A stretch of DNA of 64,000 nucleotides. Origin: an uncultured delta proteobacterium (GTDB taxonomy: Bacteria; Myxococcota_A; Polyangia; Polyangiales; B10-G4). The stretch is from contig CAVSGI010000014.1 of assembly GCA_963727445.1 (NCBI GenBank), positions 32,001-96,000 of the forward strand, written 5' to 3'. This document shows positions 58,606-64,000 of the stretch, piece by piece; the stretch's first letter is position 1; each line of letters opens with the position of its first letter. Position numbers and translations under genes: made by a program. Below the pieces are notes generated by a model, which saw nothing but the letters and a program-made list of their open reading frames with translations, searched no databases and had not been told where the DNA came from.

Positions 58606-60134
58606 GCTGGGTCAAGCTCCAGCTGACCCGCGGGAGCTCCGGCGGCCAAGAGTGGCAGGTCGACGCGTCGGCCGCGGGCGCGCGCATCGAGGTGGGCACG
58701 GATCCCGAGTGCAGCTGGGTGGTGCAGGCGCCGGGTGTGGCGCCGAAGCACCTCGAGATCTATTGGGATGGAGAGGTGCTGTGGGTCGCGCGGATCCACG
58801 GAGCGGGCGAGGTTCGGGTCGACGGGTTGATGGTCGACGACTGGTACGCGACCGCCAAGGGGTCGATGATCCGTTTCGGCGAGGCCGAGATGCGCGTGGA
58901 CGCAGGCGCGGCCGCGCTCGACACCTCGGGTGTCGCCAACCGCGATCGTGAGACGGCGCGGATCGCGGGCCCCGACGCGCACGCCGAAGCCAAGACCCGC
59001 ATGGCGTCTCCCTCTGCGGCGGCGCGCGGCGAGTCGCCCTCGCTCCCCGACGGACCCACGGCCATCCTCGCGACCCCCGAGAGCAAGCACGACCCCCACA
59101 TCGCCGCCGCCGCGACACAGATCGTGAAACCGGCCGCTCCCAGACAAGGCGATGACGATGCCGCAGGCCGCATCGCCGCTTTCGAAGCACAGATGCGCGC
59201 CGGAGGCGGGCCTGGTCACGGCGACGATCCGGCTCCCCTCCCCTCCGGGCAGGCGACGCAGCTCGTCGCGCTGCCCGACGCGCCTGGTGCGCCCGCCGCC
59301 CCCACCGGACGACGTCCTCCTCCACCCCGAATCGGCGCCAACGTCTCGCGCGTGGAGCGTGAGCCGACGCCCGTCCCCCCTCAGCCCGCGCCCGTCCCAA
59401 GCGCCGAGACCCCGAGCGTGATCGTCGGCAACGTGGAGCCGTCACAGCCCAACGCGGCCGGGCCCGCGGATCAGAGCGGCCCTGCCCCGGCGGCCGACAA
59501 CCCCTTCGCGGCACCGCCGGTCGACGATCGAAAGAGTCGCAGGGAGCGCCGACGCGCCAGGGGCGAGAAGGCCACCTCGCTGCCGATCCGAACGTGGCTC
59601 TTGTTGGTGGCCACTGTCGGCGCGCTCCTCTTCGTCCTCTTCATGGACGACGAGGAAGAAGCGGTGCCCACCCCGCCCGACGCCGGCCAAGAGGCGCAGG
59701 CGGGGGACAGCGGGAGCGGGAACGGGAGCGAGAGCGGGAACGGGAACGGGAACGGGAGCGGGAACGAGAACGGGAGCGAGAACGGGAACGAGAGCGAGAG
59801 CGAGAACGGGAGCGAGAACGGGAACGGGAACGAGAACGGGAGCGAGAGCGAGAGCGAGAACGGGAGCGAGAACGAGAGCGGGAACGAGAGCGAGGGCGAG
59901 AACGAGGGCGAGGGCGAGGGCGAGGTAGAGGACGGCGCGCTCGTGCGGCGCGCGGTCGATGCGCTGGTCGCCAACCGCCAGCGGGAGGCCTATGACCTCT
60001 ACGGTCGCCTCGCCGACGAGCACCCCGACGTGCCCGCCTACGAGGCGATCCACGACATTCTCCGGCGGCGGCTCCAAGCTTCATGCACCGACGGTGTCGA
60101 TCTGCAGGGCAACCCGTGCGAGGAGGTCGAATGA
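58602..60134 (+). CDS. Degenerate FHA domain + Pro-rich linker + TM + S/G/N/E repeat protein
   Basis: EVGTDPEC..GVAPKHL..WDG, P/A-rich linker, TM WLLLVATVGALLFVLFM, TPR-like tail. Confidence 0.75.
   Translation: MSWVKLQLTRGSSGGQEWQVDASAAGARIEVGTDPECSWVVQAPGVAPKHLEIYWDGEVLWVARIHGAGEVRVDGLMVDDWYATAKGSMIRFGEAEMRVDAGAAALDTSGVANRDRETARIAGPDAHAEAKTRMASPSAAARGESPSLPDGPTAILATPESKHDPHIAAAATQIVKPAAPRQGDDDAAGRIAAFEAQMRAGGGPGHGDDPAPLPSGQATQLVALPDAPGAPAAPTGRRPPPPRIGANVSRVEREPTPVPPQPAPVPSAETPSVIVGNVEPSQPNAAGPADQSGPAPAADNPFAAPPVDDRKSRRERRRARGEKATSLPIRTWLLLVATVGALLFVLFMDDEEEAVPTPPDAGQEAQAGDSGSGNGSESGNGNGNGSGNENGSENGNESESENGSENGNGNENGSESESENGSENESGNESEGENEGEGEGEVEDGALVRRAVDALVANRQREAYDLYGRLADEHPDVPAYEAIHDILRRRLQASCTDGVDLQGNPCEEVE
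59706..59925 (+). repeat. Mosaic hexanucleotide repeat in coding sequence (GGGAAC/GGGAGC/GAGAGC/GAGAAC/GAGGGC)
   Basis: About 35 T-free hexamers encoding SGNGSESGNGNGNGSGNENG... Confidence 0.85.
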
Positions 60135-60829
60135 AGCAGAAGTGGCTCGTGCTCGGAATCGCGGCGTTCGGTCTGTTGGCCTGCGCCTGCGAGGAACCGA
60201 AGCCCCTGCCCCAGTTTCGGGTGACCTTCATCGCCGAATCCGATGGGGAGCCGCTCTCCAACGTGCGGGTGGTGGCCGACGGTCAGGTGCTGGGCGAGAC
60301 CGGAGAGAACGGCGAGCTCGGCGTGGAGATCACCGGGCGCGAAGGCCAGGCCATGGCGGTCAATGCGCAATGCCCGGAAGGTCATCGCGCGCCGGAGCAA
60401 CTGCCCCTGCTCACCCTCCGCACCTTCCAGGGTCTGGGCGAGGAAGCGCGCCAGCGCGGCATCGAGATGACCATCTCCTGCCCGCCCGCGGAGCGGAGCG
60501 CAGCGGTGGTGATCCGTGCGCTCAATCAGGACGATGAGCCGGTGCCCGACCTTCCCGTGAAGGTGCGCGGTCAGGAGCTCGCCCGGACCGACGAATCGGG
60601 CGTCGCACACCTCTCCTTTTCCCTTCGCCCGAACAGCACCTTCCGCGTGCTCCTCGACACCGAGGGTCTCGACGACATCCGGCCTCAGAACCCGGGGACT
60701 ACCTTCACCGTGCCCGACTCCGACGAGTACTTCGTCATGAATCAGACCTTCCACGTTCAGCGCCGCCGGCGTCGGCGTCGCCGGGTGGTCGCCCCCATGG
60801 CTCCACCGATGCCGATGCGGATCGACTGA
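60131..60829 (+). CDS. Hypothetical lipoprotein with two carboxypeptidase-regulatory/Ig-like domains
   Basis: Lipobox LLA-C; GEPLSNVRV..GETGENG and PVPDLPV..ARTDESG; ATGA overlap. Confidence 0.75.
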   Translation: MKQKWLVLGIAAFGLLACACEEPKPLPQFRVTFIAESDGEPLSNVRVVADGQVLGETGENGELGVEITGREGQAMAVNAQCPEGHRAPEQLPLLTLRTFQGLGEEARQRGIEMTISCPPAERSAAVVIRALNQDDEPVPDLPVKVRGQELARTDESGVAHLSFSLRPNSTFRVLLDTEGLDDIRPQNPGTTFTVPDSDEYFVMNQTFHVQRRRRRRRRVVAPMAPPMPMRID

Positions 60830-61472
60830 CGCGCGCATAGGAGCGGTCTCGATCGGCACGAATGTCGGCGAGCACCGCCTCGACGTGCTCCACGCCCACC
60901 TCGCGCACCTTGTCACGGTTGTCCGACGCCACCCGCTCGTGGAGCGGCACGCGAGTGATCAGCTCGGGGAGCTCTCCCCGCGCGAGCATGGCCGGATCGA
61001 CGTACCCCGTGCCGGCCTGCTCACGGCCGCGCAGCCGCCGAAGCGTCTCGAGGCGGACGAGTTGAATCGTGGGATCGGGGCTGCGCCGAATGAAGGGCAC
61101 CAGTCGGGCGGGATCACCGAGGTCGGCCGCAGCGTCCGGATGAAACGCGGCCATCGCCAGCGGCACCTCGCCGGTCGGCCAGCGCGCGTCGTCGGCGTTT
61201 CCGAGCTCCCGCACCAGACGTCCCCACTCTTCGCGCGTGACCTCGAGGCGCGGATGGATCAGAAGTCCGATGTCCACGTCGGGGTCTTCGGCCATCCGCC
61301 GCACTGCCGCGAGCTCCTCGTCCAGGTCGAAGACCGGCGCCGGCATGACCAGGGGCTTCACCCGCCCCTCCTCTCGCGCGTGCGCGGCCCAGGGGCAGAA
61401 GCCGAATCCCTCGACCACTTCGAGCTGATATCGACGATAGATGCGCAGCGCCTCGGTGGTCAGCGGATCCAC
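60735..61472 (-). CDS. DUF1415-family protein
   Basis: VVEGFGFCPWA, AAFHPD, RRSPDPTIQLVR. The 3' end is uncertain because it overlaps the convergent gene. Confidence 0.7.
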   Translation of the reverse strand: MDPLTTEALRIYRRYQLEVVEGFGFCPWAAHAREEGRVKPLVMPAPVFDLDEELAAVRRMAEDPDVDIGLLIHPRLEVTREEWGRLVRELGNADDARWPTGEVPLAMAAFHPDAAADLGDPARLVPFIRRSPDPTIQLVRLETLRRLRGREQAGTGYVDPAMLARGELPELITRVPLHERVASDNRDKVREVGVEHVEAVLADIRADRDRSYARVSRSASASVEPWGRPPGDADAGGAERGRSDS

Positions 61473-61507
61473 CGCGAGAGCCTACCATTCGGAGCGCTCC
61501 GAAGCTC

Positions 61508-62389
61508 TCAGCCCCGCGGGTGATAGCGCTCGTGCATGCGGCTCAGATGATCGCCGGTCACGTGGGTGTAGACCTGGGTGGTCGCGATGTCCGCATGGCC
61601 GAGCATGGTCTGCACTGCACGCAGGTCCGCCCCTCCGAGGAGCAGGTGGGTGGCGAACGAGTGCCGGAGCTTGTGCGGGCTGATCGACTTGGTGATTCCG
61701 GCGGCGGCGGCGTAGCGCTTCACCAGCTTCCAGAAGCCCTGACGGCTCATCCGTCGCCCCCGGCCCGTGACGAATACGGCGCTCTCGCTCGGCTTGGCCC
61801 ATCCGCCGCGCACCTCGGCGAGATAGCCGCGCGTCTTGTCCACCGCGACCTCGCCCAGGGGAACGATGCGGCGCTTCTGTCCCTTGCCGAAGGCGGCGAC
61901 GAAGCCCGCCTCGAGGTTGAGATCGCCGAGCTCGAGATTCACGAGCTCCGAAACGCGGAGGCCGGCGGCATACATGACCGCGAGCATGGCGGCGTCGCGC
62001 GCGCCGCGCCGTGTGGACTCGTCCGGCGCGTCGAGCAGCCGCACGACCTCGGCTCGTGAGAGCACCGCCGGCAGGCGGCGCGACAGCTTCGGCCCTTCCA
62101 CCAGGTCCGTCGGATCGCGCTTCAGCTCTTTCTCCGACAGGCAGTACTTGAAGAACCCCCGAAGCGACGAGAGGTAACGCGCCTGCGAGCGCGCCGAGAG
62201 GCCCGCCTTCGAGAGCGAAACCAGAAATGCCGCGATCGTCCCGGCGTCGGCGTCTTCGAGCGCCACCCCCGTCTTCTCGAGGAGCGCCGCAAAGCGCGCC
62301 AGATCGCGCGCGTAGGCTTCGACAGTCTTCGGCGCGAGCCCCCGCTCGACCTTGAGGTGCCCGAGGTAGAGGTCGACGAGGAGGTCCAC
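61508..62389 (-). CDS. xerD: Site-specific tyrosine recombinase XerD
   Basis: ERGLAPKTVEAY, LRVSEL, GKGQKRR, MSRQGFW, SPHKLRHSFATHLL, LGHADIATTQVYTHV. GTG at 62389. Confidence 0.93.
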   Translation of the reverse strand: MDLLVDLYLGHLKVERGLAPKTVEAYARDLARFAALLEKTGVALEDADAGTIAAFLVSLSKAGLSARSQARYLSSLRGFFKYCLSEKELKRDPTDLVEGPKLSRRLPAVLSRAEVVRLLDAPDESTRRGARDAAMLAVMYAAGLRVSELVNLELGDLNLEAGFVAAFGKGQKRRIVPLGEVAVDKTRGYLAEVRGGWAKPSESAVFVTGRGRRMSRQGFWKLVKRYAAAAGITKSISPHKLRHSFATHLLLGGADLRAVQTMLGHADIATTQVYTHVTGDHLSRMHERYHPRG

Positions 62390-62436
62390 CGGGTAGAGGT
62401 AGCACGCGCTTGGGCCGATCCCGGAAAAAGCGCCGC

Positions 62437-64000
62437 TCAGAAGAACTGGTCGAAGGAGATGTAGAGCCCGAAGGGCAGCCGCTCGCTGTTGCGCCGACCG
62501 TCGCTGCCGATCCCGTTCGGGTCGCGGAAGGGCACGCCCACGTCGATGGACATGACCCCGGGTTGAACGCCGGCGTATGTGTAGTGCAGGCGAAGCCCGA
62601 GGCCGACCTCTGCCGCGAAACGCAGGGCACCGCTGGGCAAACCGGTGTCGTCGATCACCGAGTCGATGGTCATGCCGCCGCCCGCCCAGACCGCGGTCTG
62701 GATCTCGCGAAGCCACGCCACGTGCGCGATGTTCCAGCGCAGATCGCGGATGGGCGTATAGCGAAACTCGCTCACCGCGTAGAGCTTGCCCCGCCCCACG
62801 AGCTCGCGCGTCTCGTAGGCACGCAGCAGAAAGCGCCCCCCCAGCTGCTGGAGCTCACCCGGCAGGGCGTCGCCGAAGGTCCAGCCGCCGCCGGCGACGA
62901 TGAGGAGCATCGCGAGCTGTCCCAGGGTGAAGGTGTGGCTGCCGCGCAGGTTCAGGCTGCCGGTGACGCCGAAGGTCGAGTTGTCGCGGAAGACTCCGCC
63001 CACCCGTCCGTTGAGCGAGAGCGACGAGCCCTCGCGGGGATCGACGAAGTACGCGCGCGTGTCGAAGCCAGCGCTCGCGATCAGCGAAACGCGCCAGCCG
63101 CCGACGCCTGCTTCGACGAAGTCCTCGCGCACTCGGTCGAAGTTGAAGCCCGCGGTGATCGAACCGATGCGCGCGTTGTTCGTGCGCTTGGGCCCGAGCC
63201 CGCGAAAGTAGCGTGCGGTGCCGCCGGTCGTGCTCGAGAGATGAGAGAGCGTGAAGAGGAACGCCTCCTCGAGGTCCCACTTGCGCCGCACGGCGAAGCT
63301 CAAGAAGCCGAAGACGTGCCCCTCCGAGAGCGCGAGGTTCAAGCCGAAGCCCGTGAGCAGCGGCGGCCGGAAGGGCTTGCTGGTGGCGTCGTCTCCGCGC
63401 ACGTTGCCAGGAGCGATCTGTGGCGATTGGGTCAGACGGCCGCGGGGATCGACCCAGACGTCGTCGATGGGCGCTGGCATGTGCGCCTCCACCACCCCGC
63501 GGTGCCCCGGAGCATCCCAGACGACGATCTCTTCGTTTCCCTCGTCGTCTTCGATCAGCACTTCGACTGGCTCTCGCCGATCGGCGCCATCGCGAAAGAC
63601 CTCGACGCGGTTGATGTATCCGCCGCCCGGCGCCGGCTCGGAGCTGAGCTCGCCATAGCGATAGTTCACCAGCAGGTTCGGCGTGTCGAGCCAGGTCGGC
63701 AGCCGCTCGGCCGCAGCGGGGCTCACCTCTTCGAGGATCGCCCGCACCGAGCGCCGCGCCTCGAGGATCTGCCGCGTGAAGGATTCGAACTCCTCGTCGG
63801 TGAGCGCGTCACGCGCGCTCTCGAGGATGCGGCGCCCGCGCGCGATCGCACGCCGCGACCATCCCGGGTCGTCCCGAAAGGGATCGGGCTCGTCGATGGA
63901 GCCGAAGAAGGTCTCGACGTACTGCACCTGCGCGGCATAGAGAAGCGCGTCGACCGAAGGGTGGAAGGCGGCGAAGCCCACCAGCTCTTGTGGGGTCATC
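62437..64000 (-). CDS. Omp85/BamA-TamA-like beta-barrel protein, 5'-truncated by the window edge
   Basis: LGGRFLLRAY (VRGY-like motif), EVGLGLRL, alternating beta strands, terminal Phe. Confidence 0.7.
   Translation of the reverse strand, partial: MTPQELVGFAAFHPSVDALLYAAQVQYVETFFGSIDEPDPFRDDPGWSRRAIARGRRILESARDALTDEEFESFTRQILEARRSVRAILEEVSPAAAERLPTWLDTPNLLVNYRYGELSSEPAPGGGYINRVEVFRDGADRREPVEVLIEDDEGNEEIVVWDAPGHRGVVEAHMPAPIDDVWVDPRGRLTQSPQIAPGNVRGDDATSKPFRPPLLTGFGLNLALSEGHVFGFLSFAVRRKWDLEEAFLFTLSHLSSTTGGTARYFRGLGPKRTNNARIGSITAGFNFDRVREDFVEAGVGGWRVSLIASAGFDTRAYFVDPREGSSLSLNGRVGGVFRDNSTFGVTGSLNLRGSHTFTLGQLAMLLIVAGGGWTFGDALPGELQQLGGRFLLRAYETRELVGRGKLYAVSEFRYTPIRDLRWNIAHVAWLREIQTAVWAGGGMTIDSVIDDTGLPSGALRFAAEVGLGLRLHYTYAGVQPGVMSIDVGVPFRDPNGIGSDGRRNSERLPFGLYISFDQFF

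Noticed and set aside
59594..59995. Poly-ER or poly-RS proteins
   Set aside because: These are alternative frames of the hexamer repeat inside gene 58602..60134.
61508..62389. Integrase of a mobile element or integron
   Set aside because: It has XerD-type motifs (RQGFW, LRAVQTMLGH), no IntI-specific insertion, and no att sites, cargo or composition shift.

Overview
High-GC bacterial chromosomal segment, most likely Myxococcota, class Polyangia or similar (inferred from MYXO-CTERM-type sorting tails, Cys-rich lipoproteins and DUF4388/FHA proteins). No rRNA, tRNA, CRISPR array, IS element or prophage was found. Housekeeping genes: moxR + vWA, hisS, obgE, queG, rlmN, dapD, the icd-mdh-sucC-sucD-ndk operon and xerD. 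These are mixed with signalling genes and secreted or lipoprotein genes of unknown function. The main feature is a ~17.8 kb Tad/Flp (type IVc) pilus locus at 43052-60829. It encodes two Flp-type pilins, three minor pilins (one with an 8-Cys hydrophobic hairpin), CpaA/B/C, TadB/C, a TPR lipoprotein, two separate CpaF/TadA ATPases (one FHA-fused), two degenerate-FHA membrane proteins and inserted lipoproteins. This resembles, but differs from, the myxobacterial Kil contact-killing apparatus. Other notable items: a tandem histidine kinase pair whose first member lacks the phosphoacceptor His, a 52-bp non-coding tandem repeat, a structured intergenic element, and a tandem pair of CGFC-motif MYXO-CTERM proteins. 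Many genes carry small indels, densest at 1-1.7 kb and 13.5-16.3 kb. These look like long-read consensus errors, so the affected genes are reconstructed across frames and their boundaries are approximate.
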